Positions 15,312 through 29,522 of a stretch of 64,000 nucleotides of DNA are shown piece after piece. The translations under genes and the position numbers were made by a program. Source of the stretch: Chrysomallon squamiferum (taxonomy: Eukaryota > Animalia > Mollusca); the NCBI GenBank assembly GCA_012295275.1, contig CM022670.1, forward strand, positions 30,256,001 through 30,320,000, given 5' to 3'. The notes beneath the pieces were generated by a model, which saw nothing but the letters and a program-made list of their open reading frames with translations, was not told the origin of the DNA and ran no database searches. Each line of letters begins with the position of its first letter. Within the stretch, counting starts at the first letter, position 1.

Positions 15312-17503
15312 TAATCCATGTGTGTTTCTCTTTCTCTGAGTGTGTGAGTATAGTGTGTGTGTGTGTGAAATTAAGAATTGAAATCTATGTAGGTTTTTAG
15401 GTTTATATAAATATATGTTTTCTTAATTCAAATTCATGAACCAAATAACCAAATACTGTTAAATCAGTATCAAATATTTTTCTGATACTAATGTTGATAC
15501 GATCCAGCCATCTACAGTTAATAGGTACTAGGATCAAATCCTGTTTTTGGTTTCAAGGAAATATCTGAAGAAAATGCAAGACAGCAATGTCACTGTGTTG
15601 TTTAATTAATTCTTTTAATCATGAATAATAACCTTGGGTAGAAAACCCAAGCTACTGGAAATTGACCATAACATGTGCTTGAACCTCCATGGATTTATCA
15701 AACGTTTCTTTTTTAAAGAGAAATAACATTATGCATCTGCGTGGTTTTTTTTTAGAGTTCTTATTTGGTAATTAATACATGTTTTCTTAGTTCAAATTCA
15801 TGAACCAAATAACATTTAATATTTTAATTTTAATTTAATTCATTAAAATAAACACACTTAAGAAACAAAACATGATCTGTACTTTTATACATACACAAGT
15901 GAGACTTTTAAAACAATAGGCTTATTATTGTTTTTCTTTGTCAAGAACATAAACCACATGTTTCTTGTTTTCAAAGGGATGTTTGCAAATTGATCTATAA
16001 ACATGATTTCTTGTCCTCAATTTAAAAAGAAAAAAATGTTCCTGAAAAAGGAACCTGCACAGAATGGCATTTAAAACTTGAATTCCCTTGATTCAACAAA
16101 TGCATGTAATGGAAGCCATGATGGTAGTTCTGGGAATGCAATGTATGGGTGTCCCTTGCAGTGGTTAGGTATGGGTCAACAATAAGGTCATCACATGGTT
16201 GTGACACAAACAAGGAAAAACCTTGAAGGTGTTCGTTTTGTCTGCATGATAGATCACAGGAAAAGAAATAATTTCTGTGTACCAGTTAAAGATAGGATAA
16301 ACAATACTTTGTTTGTGTATCTCACATGACATACCTGGTGGTTACCTAAAAAAAATGGTAAATATTGTGTTCTGCAGGCATTATTTAAAAATTTCCGTGC
16401 CAAAAAATAATAATAATAAAATAAAATTAAGTTATATAAATAAAAATAAAAGTAAAAACAAAAACAAAAATAAAAATATTTTGAACAAATAATGTTCTAT
16501 TTTTAAAGAACTATGTCTACTTACAGTTTTCATTCAGTATTGGAAATGGTTATTTTATTTTATTTTTTAAATTATTTTATTTTTGTATTCTTTATTTTTA
16601 GAGATTTTATTTAATTCAATAATTGTTATGTAAACAATTTAATGATCAATAAATAAAAAACAAAAAAAAATGACAGTGGAAATTAATGTATTCTAACATT
16701 ACAAAATGGTCAGTATTCAATCTGAAACAATTAAAATAAAAATAAATGTTGGACGGACTAAACATACAAGATAAACTATGTGTTACATTATTATTAATTT
16801 TTTTTTAAATTTTGCTCTGATGCATCAGACATGGAATAACTTACATTTATAAACTACTGCACTAAAATATAAATATCTATATAATAAAACTTTAAAATAT
16901 TTCATTGTGTTTTTGTTCTATCATATAAATTATTACCAAGTATATCTATATCTATGAATGATTTTTCATACTTTTACTAAACAGGCATTAATAAGGATAT
17001 TTTCAACACTTAACAAAATTATTATAAAGCAGATCATTTTCACAAACTTTTTGTAAACAATTTTATGAAATGTGTGGAGATATTTACCTATTTTTTATAA
17101 CATTTGTGAGCACTTACAGTGTTTTGCTCTGATCATTTCATATCCATCCAAGAGTTGCATCCCTTGTATTTTTCAAATTATTTCCTCATTTACAATTAAA
17201 ATTTTACATTGCTCAGATCTCCAAACATTAAGTGTCAGGATGAGAAAAATATGAATTATGAGTTGTTCTGCTTAAGATATTAGCTTCAGAAACATGGGTC
17301 TATAGAAAGAAAAAAAAGATATTGCACATACCTCCAAAAACTGAAAGTTTTAAACAAGCTATCGATTAGTTATTATACTTTAGACTTTGTTTCAGAAATG
17401 CTACTAACAGGTGCTGACCAATCTTTTCTCCTAGATCAGTCAGCAAATCATGGGTCAGCAGTATCATGTTTTCTAGCATGAAAAAAAAAAATATTGCACA
17501 TAC

Positions 17504-17649
17504 CTCCAAACATTAAGTGTAAGGGTGTGAAAGGCATTGAGAATAAGTTGTTCTGCCTCAGCCAGTTCTGCACAAGAAATACCATTAACACTGAGTAACA
17601 AATCCTCCTTTTCCAAGTTACCTGCAGCAGCCTTACCATCAGCATCAAT
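17504..17649 (-). CDS. PDZ-domain protein, coding exon 2 (second half of the PDZ domain); the gene continues leftward, probably out of the window
   Basis: Acceptor ttttcattcag, then IDADGKAAAGNLEKEDLLLSVNGISCAELAEAEQLILNAFHTLTLNVW(R), then donor AG|gtatgt. It joins exon 1 in frame and completes a PDZ domain of about 90 aa. Confidence 0.88.
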
Positions 17650-20174
17650 CTGAATGAAAAACACAATAATGAATAACAAAATAAAATATATACAATTTGC
17701 AATAAAATAACAAATATTCTTTCTCTCTTTTTCTGGATATATATATATATATATATATTATTTACAAAACAATATCAAATTTTATATAATCTATATTCTG
17801 ACCATAATCTTCTGTCTGAAATTATAATGTCAAATCAAAAAAAAAAAATTGTGTAATTTAATTTAAAGTTTCTGTTTTGAATTTTTGAATAAATAAGTTA
17901 TAATTATGGTTAACAGTTATTTCAGATTAAGTAACAATGTAAAACACAAGATCATCAGTCAGAAAGACAATCTATATAAATTTGACATATCAGATAAAAA
18001 GGTTAAACATTACTCTTATATTACTGTAAAAAGAAATTTGTTAAGTTTTTGAAAACTTCATAATTATAGTACTTTTCTTCTTCAGTGGAGCATTTTTATT
18101 TGAATGACATTTGAAGGGAAATAACATTAAAGAGAATTTTAATCAACAAAATATTTAATAAATTTCTGATTCATTTTGAGAAAAATAAATAATAATATAA
18201 AATTAAATTAATAGCCAAATTATTAATAATAAAAATATATAAAATTAAATAAATAATTAAATGAGTGTATGAAAACTTGAATTTGTGCCCAAACTAATCC
18301 CAGTTATTTTACATAATGTTTTTGTAACATGTTAACTAAAGTTATGTGCTTTTACATGAAATAAATAAATGATTAACATACAATCATATACAGACATCAC
18401 ACATGTATAAAAATGCATGTGAGCAGCATCACTGATTTAATTTGTATAACTGAAACAGTTTGATAATTACTAATGAGATGCATTGATAAGATCTATGCTG
18501 ATGAATAATCTGAAGTAGTTTATATGTTTTTTCAGAAGACGATTTATGCTTTGTTGAATTTGCACACCTAATATGTATGTCTGTTCATTAGTCCATCTAA
18601 TTCTGTTTAATATTTTTATAAATTATTTAATTAGTTTGTGTTTATTTTCTTTTTTATTTCTCTGTTTTAGTTTTATTCATTTTATTATTTGGTAGTATGG
18701 TATATTTGTTTTTTTGGGGGTGGTTTATTTTATTTATTTTTTATTTTTTCTATCTCTAGATACTTTAAACATGTAATTGTGACTATATAGGAACTGCCAC
18801 AATGCTCAGCTAATCTGAAGAATTACTGACAGAAGCTCAGCAGACTCCTAAAGATTGAGCCGAGTGAGTGAAAAATTAAGCTAAGAGTCTCAAACACTGC
18901 ACTGAATGGCTGTTTCCACTGTGATGCATAATGAAATTGGCTGGGGATGGTAAACTTTAGTGTGTAAAAAAGTCAAATGCCAACAACACAACCAAACAAT
19001 GATGTCTTTACCTGCTGACCTTTTTGTCTGTATAGATATTTGTTACACAAAGTGGTTTGATACACCATGCCCATTACTGTCCTTAAGTGACAGAATACAA
19101 CCACCTGTACTGGACCACTTGTCTTGTATATTACATTTCTTATTACAGTGATTCAGAAACAAAGGAGAATTTAATATTTTTTGTATTCCACATTGAATGA
19201 CTTACAGCTGTTACCCAAAACACATCAAACCACTTCATCTAAAATGATCTTACCAGAAAACTGTTTAAAAAAATAATATGTACCAAGCTCTCAAATTGGT
19301 GCTTTTCTTCTTTTATTATAAAGAACTATTGATTTAATAATTTAAAAGTTTTATAAGAAATCTTTACTTTATTATTAGCAAAGGGTTGAGAGTGAATTTG
19401 ATAAGCAAGACTCCTCAGAATAAACAGGTGGGTAAATTAAAGTGTAGTATTATCATTTGTAAACATGGATATCAGTATATATCCAAGGGCTGGTGAGTGT
19501 GTTCAAATAATTTATTAAATTCATAAATAAAAGTAAACATTTTGTCATCCAGTTGAAGAAAGTGACTATCAGTGGTTAGAGTGTTCAGATACAGGATCAA
19601 ACCTCCTCAAGAAATGTGGTTGTCATACAGTTATAACATATAATACTGTCCATTTTTAGGGAAACCTCTAGGTAGCCTGGACAGATAGGTGACCATCATG
19701 GACACATGGCTGTCATACACAGGCAGCTACAAAAGCAGGTTTGATTGTTCTTTTATGTTGATATCAAGGTGCATATACATATATAAAACAAATTTGAAAC
19801 TTTCCTGTAATGGCATTATGATAGTGGATATTCTTTCTGCACGCATCATTATATAAAAAACATATGTTTGATAACTAATACCCATTAATATTAATATATT
19901 TATGATGTGCTTGTTAAATACATTTCCATTTATATTGTCATTCATTTAATTTTAAAGTGTAACTTATTTAAAACAGTTTTTTATTGTAACATTTTATTTC
20001 AATCTTTTGTTATAACAACATATTGATTTATATATAGAAAACATGATTATAACTGCTGAAATGTTGTATGTTTCTGTTCGTGTATATAATACATGTGTGT
20101 GTGTGTGTGTGTGTGTGCTTCTATTTATAGATATCTGATGTAACAAACTGTAGTCCAGTGGTTAAAAAATACCA

Positions 20175-20370
20175 TCTTATGACTTTAGTGATTATCAGTG
20201 TTACCAGCTTCAGTTCATGTTAACATTACCAGCTTATAACTTCAATCTTCTTAATGTTATCAGCTTATAATTTCAGTGCATATTAGCATTAACAACTTAT
20301 GACTTCAGTGTTTATTAATGCTACTAGTTTATGACTTAGGTGCTTATTAATGTTACCAACCTAAGTCTTT
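20175..20370. repeat. Degenerate tandem repeat, ~31-bp unit (GCTTATGACTTCAGTG..TTAATGTTACCA)
   Basis: About six diverged units are visible. Confidence 0.55.
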
Positions 20371-23300
20371 AGTTCTAATTAAAAACAGTGTAGTAAAGAC
20401 TATTACAGAATGTGAATACTATATCAACCAGTAATGTAAATGGAACACTGCCATAGTACTGTTAGGGTTTTCATATTATTAACAAGACACACAGATTTCC
20501 TCTGATCACACATGTACATTAATATTGTGACTTTACTGTAGAGACCAAAGACTGAAATATATCAAATCCCAAATTGAAATAAATCTTCATGAACAGTTAA
20601 AGCCTATATTTATAACACATATGTCGACACAAAACCACAAAAAAGAAAAAATATTCTCATTTGTATAAAAGAAAAAGAAAATCCCTGTTATGACATTCAT
20701 GGTTTTGAAGAAAAGAACACACAGGTCTTTGGCTGCATGAATGGAGGAAGGATGGCTGTTTATTAGTTTGAAGAAAATTAAAATTACATAACATAATGTA
20801 TAGAAGTAATTTGCCAAAACTGTCACTACTATATGATTTAAACATTAATGCAACAAAAGTCAATTCTTTAACATTAATTATTTTAATTCACACATCTAGT
20901 AATTCAACACTAAATAACACATTTCATTAAGTTATTAACTGAAATAAATCAACACATAAATATACACACATAAACAAGACATAAACACATGTATCATTAT
21001 ACGGACATACACAGAAGTAAGTATTTTAAATAAAATAAATAATTATCACATACGCATATGTACATTCACACACATATAAATTAACAGTAAAAGAAAACAA
21101 AAAATAACGACTAAAAAAATAAATAAATCATTAACTCAAGAATGCAGATTTGATCCTGTAATCTAACCAACCTGTAGCAATGACATATACTTTACTGCCA
21201 GTCATAAGAATGTTTATTATCAGCATTAAGCTGGTTACCACAGGACAGTGCCTTCAGCTACTGAAGAACAATCCAGCAAGTGTACCATTATATTAACTAC
21301 AAGTGTTTATATATTAATGAATACTGTTTTTTCCACTCCAATTCAAATTTCTGACATGTTGAATTTATACTGTATTTCATCCTAAAACCAAGAGAGAACT
21401 ATCTGCAGTCTCTAATATTACAGGAGCCAAAAATATTAATTTTCATTCAGTGTCATATTGAAAATTAATATAGTAGTAAGAACAAAGAGGAAAAAAAAAA
21501 TACAACTGAATATCTCAGATTGATTTTTTATAGTAAGTTTCATTACAGTATTATAAATTCTAATTATAGTAATTAATGAGAATATTTCTAAAATAATACT
21601 TTTTTTCACGTCTACTTTTGCTGTAAGTTTATTTCAGTAAAGGTAATAATAATTATGTGTTTTATATATATCATTGTCAAAACATAGCTTCAGGGCTAAC
21701 ATTTTATTACACTATTGCTATGCCTCAGCATATTAAAAAGATTATATAATAATCTAAATCTCAGTTCAGTCTAGACTGAAACAGTTTCATAAGGTTACTA
21801 AGAAGCAATTAACTCAGAAGGAAGGTAGTTTTGATAATATATTCATTTATACCTAATTTTAACTTTCTTAATATTTCTCTCTTACTCTTTCTCTCTGTAT
21901 TTTTATTTAATCTTTACTATATATCAATCATTCTCTTTTTCTATATCTTTTATGTCTATAATCTCTCTCTCTTTCTTTCTTTCTCTCTGTTTATTTAATC
22001 GTTATTTTATATTAATTTCTTTCTCTGTATTTGCTATGTCAATAATGACAATGATTTTCTTTACTCTCACATCACTGTAAAAAGAAATGAGAAAAATTCA
22101 CCAAACATTTCTTAAAACTACCCATTATCTAAATACACAACAGCTGGTTAAAACTGAACTATTTAAAACTAAATCCATGTGCACACAAGGAACACTGAGA
22201 TAAAGAGATTCTTGTGGATGCTTAATGTTACAAGCAATATTTTAAGCAACAGGACTAATTTTCTGACAACAGAGAAACAATGGAAATGTAGAGGAATGCA
22301 GGACATTACAACAACTCCCCAACAGTAAATAGCAGAACAAATTCTATGAGGTAGTGCCATACACACATTAAAGAGATGATAAAACATGCTAAACTAGCCT
22401 GAAGTCAACCTGTGCTAACAGAGAGAAAAAAATGGAAGAATATTTGTTTATGCCACATTTTGGTATTCTTTTTATAAAAAAAATAATTAAAAAAAACATT
22501 CCTCTTTTAACATATAGATTTAAAAAAGTATAGAAATCCTTTGATATATTTTGTTATAGTTTAAAAAATAAAGAATAATATTATGTAGATATGTTTTTCT
22601 AAGCCATTCTGATACAATATATTAACAAAATTTCAATTTCAAACTGAAAAAACAGAAAAGAAACCTGAAGATCTTTGTCATGGTTTTTGAAATGCTGTAC
22701 ACATGCTTAAAATAGTGATGACTCACAATTTCAAAATATATCTTATTTTTGTTTAATTTCTGACATAAATGTATTGTTAGATATCTATAATCATAGAACT
22801 CATAAAAAGTTGAATAATACAATACCTGATAATCCTGATGTTTTTAAGTCTCAATATTTAAAACAAAACCAAAAAAATATATTAATAATAAAATTACTAT
22901 GAAAAGATGTCATGAACATAATTTTTCAATAGCAAAACAATTTTTCTTCTTATTATTATTTCTATTCTCTTTTTTTTTATTGCAGTTATTTTCTTAATTT
23001 TAAAAAAGAAAAATGTTCATAAACCATTACACTATATTTTATACAACTTAATGTCAATGTACAGCAGTAAACATATTTATTATTTCTCAACAAAAAGGTA
23101 GAATTTCAATTACATTTTTATATATAGAACTTGTACTAAAATTCCAGTACAATAACTGAAAAGATTGGTTAAATTATTATTTTCCATTTTCCTTGAGAAA
23201 ACTAGGTAGCAACTTGTTATTGTCCAATTTAATGCTGACAACATCCTTGTGAAACACATACACACAGACAGATACACATAGATAAATACATATATGTACA

Positions 23301-23649
23301 TTCCATATGTGGCATACAAAATATACTCTATAGATTTATATATTTTAATACTGCCTAAAGAAAGTTCATTAACCTATGCCATTTACATAAAAATTACATG
23401 TAGCAGATAAAATTTACAAGCTAAATTAAACACTATACCAGTGACATGTACATGTATGTCAGCTGCTGTGTTTATATTATAATAGAAAGGTCAAAATATT
23501 TTTCATATAAATGGGTTTATATTTCCCCTTTTCCCATACCTGTCATTAAGTCAAAGATCTTAATGTGTAATACCCTTTCATTCAAACTCGTGTTGTAAGA
23601 CAGTCTTTCAAGTTTCATGGCTGAATATTGTAAAACTTATTTTACGGAT

Positions 23650-23685
<36 letters not shown>

Positions 23686-25187
23686 ATATTCATGAATGGT
23701 GTGTTATTGCAATAGTTATATATCATGCAAAAAATGTTTTATTATTAATTATTATTATATTATTATTATTATATTGGATTTATTTTTGGATGCTATTTAT
23801 TCTTTTTTTTTACATTTATTCTTACTTTTACTCTACAAATGTCATATTATACCAAAAAAAAGGAAAAAGAAATGAATAATCAAATACTAAAAACAATATC
23901 TAATGACATTCTTATTTGAACATAACTTCAGTGTGTAAAGGCAAAAAATCTGCAATAAATAGTAGCCTGCAAGAACCACTGGTTAGAAGCTGAGAACACG
24001 CTGAGACAAGAATTATTTTTTATATGACCTTAAGACAATTTATTAATCTGGATGACAGCAATAAAATTTATACAGAAAATCTTCAGCTGTTGTATTAAGG
24101 GTTATTTCACTTATGTGGTTGTGGTTAATTTTTGTTAAGTATCAATGAATTATTTTAAACATGCCAGTATTGGAATTAATTACTGGCCTCACCAGAGAGT
24201 TCTGACAATAAAGTATCTTTTATATGTATACACCTTCCCATAAGCAGAGCACACATGTCAGGGACATTGATATACCAATAGTGGGGCTCTGTATTGAATT
24301 GATGTTAGTCTGAAGGGTATCCCAAGAAATACTTACCAAAATTTGACTTTTTCAATCAGAGCAGTGAATATTTATAATGCATGATGAATTAAAAACTTAA
24401 TACAATGCTCCAGGACATGAATTATTTTTAGAGGTAATACAATAACTGCAAGAAAAATTGTATAATATTTAAAGAAAAATAAATAATAAGGATAGTATGT
24501 ATAAAGAAAAATAAGGAGTAATAACCCTATGTATCAATTAAAAATAAGTAATAAAAATTCTATGTAAAAATAAAATTACGTAGTAACAAATGTATATATA
24601 AAGCAAAAATAAATAATAAGATTTGTATGTATCAAAAAATAAATAAAAATTTCAGTATAATTTTTACATAATATAATATATGAATGGATTTCTAATATTA
24701 GTGATTTGAATATATTACAAAATACAGTACATATAAATGTTGTAACAGGACATACAAATATTTGTTATCTTAAACTATATTAGTAACTTATCCTGACTAA
24801 CACCACAGAAATTGTTAACAGAAGGAGAATAAACAGTGGTAACCAACGTTAATTGATATTTTAAAATAAAGATGATACAAATATAGACCAATTTATGGAA
24901 CAATTAATTCGGTTCGATACAACCATGAAATGGCACGTTTCTTTTCATTTTTTTTTTTTCTTTTTTTCTCTTTTTTTTTGTTTTGTTTTTTGTCTATATT
25001 AATGTGGCATAAAATTTTCATATTGACCCCAAATATTTTCTTTCCTTTTGGCATTCTCCAAAAAAAATATTTTCATTAGCATATTTTTAAATATATATAT
25101 ATGTATTGCTTCTGGTTTTATATGTGTGTGTATGTGTGCATGTGCGTGTGCGTGTGATATGCATATATATATATATATATATATATA

Positions 25188-25577
25188 CAGTGGTACCTTG
25201 ACTTATGAGTTTAATTTGTTCCCTGAATGAACTTGTAATTCAGTGGACATCATCCATTTATTCTTTTGGCACTGTCCTTTCCACTCACTTTCTTAGGATC
25301 CATGGTCAGAAAAAAAGGAAGTTGGCAAAATACTGCACAAAAAGTGAACACAACACACCAGAGATGCTTCCACAGCAAGGTAACCACACGATGTAAATGA
25401 GTGAAACGTGAGATGCTGGGTGGATGTTGTATTGTTTGTTGTGTCAAACAGCAGCGGCTATCTGGAACTTATTTGTAACTCGGATTTTGGCTTGCATCTC
25501 AAAGCAAAATATCCACCAGGTGACTGCTCATAATTCAGAAAATTCCTAAGTTGGTGCACTTGTAAATCACAGTCCCA

Positions 25578-25580
<3 letters not shown>
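25188..25580 (-). mobile_element. Shorter, more decayed copy of the same Tigger-like element, inserted in a (TA)n tract
   Basis: Ends are CAGTGGTACCTTGACTTATG ... GTCCCACTG, with (TA)n on both sides. The reverse complement aligns with 58336-58650, including MDPKKVSGKDSAK. Confidence 0.85.
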
Positions 25581-25624
<44 letters not shown>

Positions 25625-26289
25625 ACATGTTTACCTGCATTGAGCATATTCCAAACATCAAAAACTCTTTTAAATTTTTTTTTAATACTGATTTGAAGGC
25701 AAGAAAAGTACATTTTTGGACACAACTTTTGATATAAGCCACTGCCAGGGATGACATGCACACTGTTAGAAAGATCGAACTTTGACCTTCCTAGCTGTGC
25801 TAAAAATAACACTGAAGCCATTTTGGGGAAGACAACCCTATTTTTGGACTTTTTACTCCACTCTGTTCACTGCTGACCACAGGCACTGAAATGTGTTTAC
25901 CCCCACTGCATTTAACACTCTCATACAAAGGACTGGTTTAACTCACAATAAAAACAAAATCACTGTTTAAAAGAACACATAATGATCTTCATTTTTATTG
26001 TATTTTTTTTTTTGGTATGTTTTACAGAAGGGATTTGGGAGTGGAGGAAAATGGACAAAATCTGAACTTTTAACAGTTTGACCAATTATATTGGCTAGTC
26101 TGCTGGTGCCTACATATACACATGTACAAGTTTTTTAATACTTCAAAAATAATGGATGACATATAAAATGAAATTCAGAGTAGTCTGTCCATAGTTCTCT
26201 AGTAAAGCTTTATATAGCAACAGTTCATTCACAAGTACAGGTTCAACTATAACCATGTATACTAAGGCACTTCTTACAAGAGTTTTCAG

Positions 26290-26880
26290 TTTTTCACTCT
26301 TTTATGTTGTGTGCTCTGTCATACTGGCAATAAATGAACTTGTCCTCAAAGTACTCCAGCATCATCACCATCAGCTTCTGATAGTGCTTCAAAAGCTGCC
26401 AATACTTAATCCATTGGAATGAATGCAATTGCAGATATCTCACGATCAGTAAAGCAAACTTTTTATCAGTATTGTAACAAACTGCCAGACTAATGAGTTG
26501 AATTTGGTACCAGATGCATTGGCTCAAATGAAAGAATCATCCAGTCACAGAACAGTTTAGCTTTTCAGATGTTTTGCCTTCTTCCTTCACACTCGTAAGA
26601 AATCACTCTACCATCGAGTTCCTTCTGTCGGACATAAACATAGTTTTTGAAGGTAAATCTTGAATGACCACACTCTGAGTCAATCTTATACAATATACTA
26701 TTTTTGCTACAAGGCATGATCTAATATACTGTTTTATTCATCTCAATTATAGATCAATTGCCAAATCAAAGGAAGCTTTAGCATTTAATTAGCCTGAATC
26801 AGTTATTAGCTGATTCAAGTTAGCTTTGATGTTAGCTTTGGGGGACATTGTCCAGGGGACAGTTGTCCTGATACTGTGTT
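26290..26880 (-). mobile_element. MULE (Mutator-like) transposase remnant
   Basis: Frameshifted fragments FHLSQCIWYQIQ...YNTDKKFAL...AFIP...AFEAL...EYFEDKFI resemble the region after the MULE catalytic CxFH motif. A GC-rich terminal-like motif ggggacattgtccaggggacagttgtcc lies at about 26840-26868. Confidence 0.6.
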
Positions 26881-28204
26881 CCTGCAACAAGCATGAAGTC
26901 ATCTGCTTTTAAAAACAAGTTAGTTGAAGTGGTATCATAACTTTTTCTATGGAACTCATAGCAATGACAATGTTTACTATAAGAAAAGGAACATTCTCAG
27001 CTGAAAAATGCTAGGCTTCAAAAGATCAAACTTCTACAATTATTCATGCTTTTTCTTCTGTTCTGTATAATCCTTATTATATATATATTTTTTCTCTATA
27101 AAATTAATAAAACATTTCTTGGTCATAAAAAATAATGTTCAATTTTCATTATAATTATTCAAACAGAATAAAAAAAAATGAACATGTTCAAAGCATATTT
27201 TGCTAATATAAATTTATTAACAGTCATATAGTAAAGCATTCTTTACCTCAATAAATGTTTTAATTGTAATTTAAAGATTTTTGATTATCAAAGGAAAGAA
27301 CCAAAATAATAATAACCAATGTAAACAGCATTTTAACTAATCAATCTTTGCTCATAAAAAATAATGTTAATTCATCATTATAATTTTTTAAAGTAAAGAA
27401 AGGACAAATTAACAAGAACATTCAGCAGATGAATAAAGCATTTTTTACTGATACACATTCTTAATTCTCATGTAAAAATTATTGATGGAAAGATAAGGTA
27501 ATACTAGATATTTCACAAGTAAAAATTATTTTCAGATCAGCTTTCTATTTTGTCTTCAACTGTGATTTAATGCATAATGTCAACATGGTAGGCTGCAGCC
27601 ATATCACTGACAAATAACATGTAACAGTCCTCAGCAGTTTGATCACAATACAAAATGATCATTAAAAAAAGAAGTCACCTGAATGTAAATATTTATTTGT
27701 TTGTGCATACTGCAGTGGACTGCTTAACACAAACACGTAGAGATTCATATATTTTCCATGTCAGAGTTTACACCCATCAGAGTAGTGGTTATAACTGATG
27801 AAGTTTGTGTATTTTGCTTATCTCAAAGTGACTTAGACTGGAGAAGGTTAGAAAAAAAAAGGACAAAAAAAGTTTAGTTAGTGAGTCATATGTTGAATGT
27901 AATAGGTTAAAAAAGTTATTTTTACAAACTTGAATTCTTCTTGGCGACAAGTTAAAATGACCTTCTTTAAATACGAATATAATATATAAACAAATTACTG
28001 TTGTATGACCTTGTTTAAAGATGAATATTAGTGTCTTTATAAATAATGTATATTTACTGTTAATATGACCTTCATTAAATATGAATATTAATCATCTAAT
28101 GATCTATAAACGAAAATGCATAAAATTTCATTTTATACCATATCTGAAATGAAATATTACATGACATAAAATAATACAAAAATATCCTACAAAATTAAAT
28201 TGAA

Positions 28205-28245
<41 letters not shown>

Positions 28246-28814
28246 ATTATGACTTCTACTGAAATATTTTCTACCAAGCACAGACATGTTAATTTCTTGT
28301 TTTAATTCCATCAATAAGTAAGTATAATTCCATTTCTGAACTGGTGAACCTGTGACCAGCATAAATCTCCAAGATCTAAATAAATTATGTCAATAAGTAC
28401 AAATATGCTTAATCTACTAAGACTAAACAGTGGATGACTGGGATCTGTGACTCAGTGAACTGACTCATGCAATTTTGAATAAATGGACTGGAAAACTGAA
28501 TCGTTTTTAAGAAGAATTTTTGAACTGCTCAATTGCAGTATTTGAACTAGGATTGTAAAAGTGGGAGAGAAAAGGATCTGAGGTCGAGAAAGAAAAAATG
28601 TGAGATATAATGTTTTCAGTTTTAATGGTTCTTGTAAATGACAGAATTGGTGTTGCTAAAATACAGCTAAGTTCAGTCACTGGTGCACATAATTATGTAA
28701 AGCAGATGTATGCAAAAAAAACATCACTGGAGGTTACTGAATTTAAAAGAAGTTAACATTTTTGTTTAACCCTACTTTTTTAAAATTAAACAAAAAGGAA
28801 GACAGATTTGTAAG

Positions 28815-28853
<39 letters not shown>

Positions 28854-28995
28854 TGTGTGTGTGTGACGCAGCTGATTTTTTGTTTTACAGTTTATTCAGT
28901 TTACTGGTATGCAAGTCTTACAGAAAGAATGAATGTTTAAGGATACCCTAGCACAAACCATATATTGGCTATTGGGTGTCATCACGTTTTACAGA

Positions 28996-29030
<35 letters not shown>

Positions 29031-29141
29031 CTGCCAAAGACAACTAAAGGTATTTTAATATCAAGAAGACAAAAAGTCCTGTGATCAGTGTGTTGAATTT
29101 CACGACACACAGCATCTGAGCATGTTATCTCAAGTTTTTAC

Positions 29142-29264
29142 CTTAGCGATTCGAAGAAAAGTTCCTTCCTCGGCCCCTCCTTTTAAAATAAACCCCCACG
29201 GGGCACCGCCTCGAAGCACCACTACAAACGGTTTCCATGGCGATGACAGTTTCTTGGTATCCAT
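29142..29264 (-). CDS. PDZ-domain protein (Shroom / synaptopodin-2 / PDLIM-like N-terminal PDZ), coding exon 1
   Basis: Manual translation gives MDTKKLSSPWKPFVVVLRGGAPWGFILKGGAEEGTFLRIAK, followed by a GT donor (phase 0). GGAPWGFxLxGG is the carboxylate-binding loop of Shroom/SYNPO2/PDLIM PDZ domains. The exon sits in a locally CpG-rich patch. Confidence 0.9.
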
Positions 29265-29480
29265 GATCACTGTTTAAAAAAAGATGATAACGGTACTTTT
29301 CTTTTTCATCATCTCTCATGACACTACACAAGGAACAACTGATAAAAACTTGCACGAGTTCCCGAGTCGAGCGCTTCAGACACCTTACGTGTCTTCTGCG
29401 CATGTCACCGACGGTTTTTCTTCTCGTCTGCTTCTTGGCAGGTCTTTCCAGTTTCCGTTTAATCGACTATTGTATTCGTT
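29265..29480 (-). promoter_or_regulatory. CpG-rich 5' UTR / promoter region of the PDZ gene
   Basis: A cluster of CpG dinucleotides lies directly upstream of the ATG at 29264 and marks the end of the CpG-depleted domain. Confidence 0.5.
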
Positions 29481-29483
29481 TCG

Positions 29484-29522
<39 letters not shown>

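Noticed and set aside
829-27480. Scattered short direct repeats (829 vs 2249; 27120 vs 27350; degenerate repeats at 7350-8700)
   Set aside because: They are old AT-rich intronic duplications with no coding, TIR or structural signal.
29143-29403. ORF-track 86-aa minus ORF as the gene product
   Set aside because: It is the wrong frame. The PDZ motif and a phase-compatible donor are in the frame starting at 29264.
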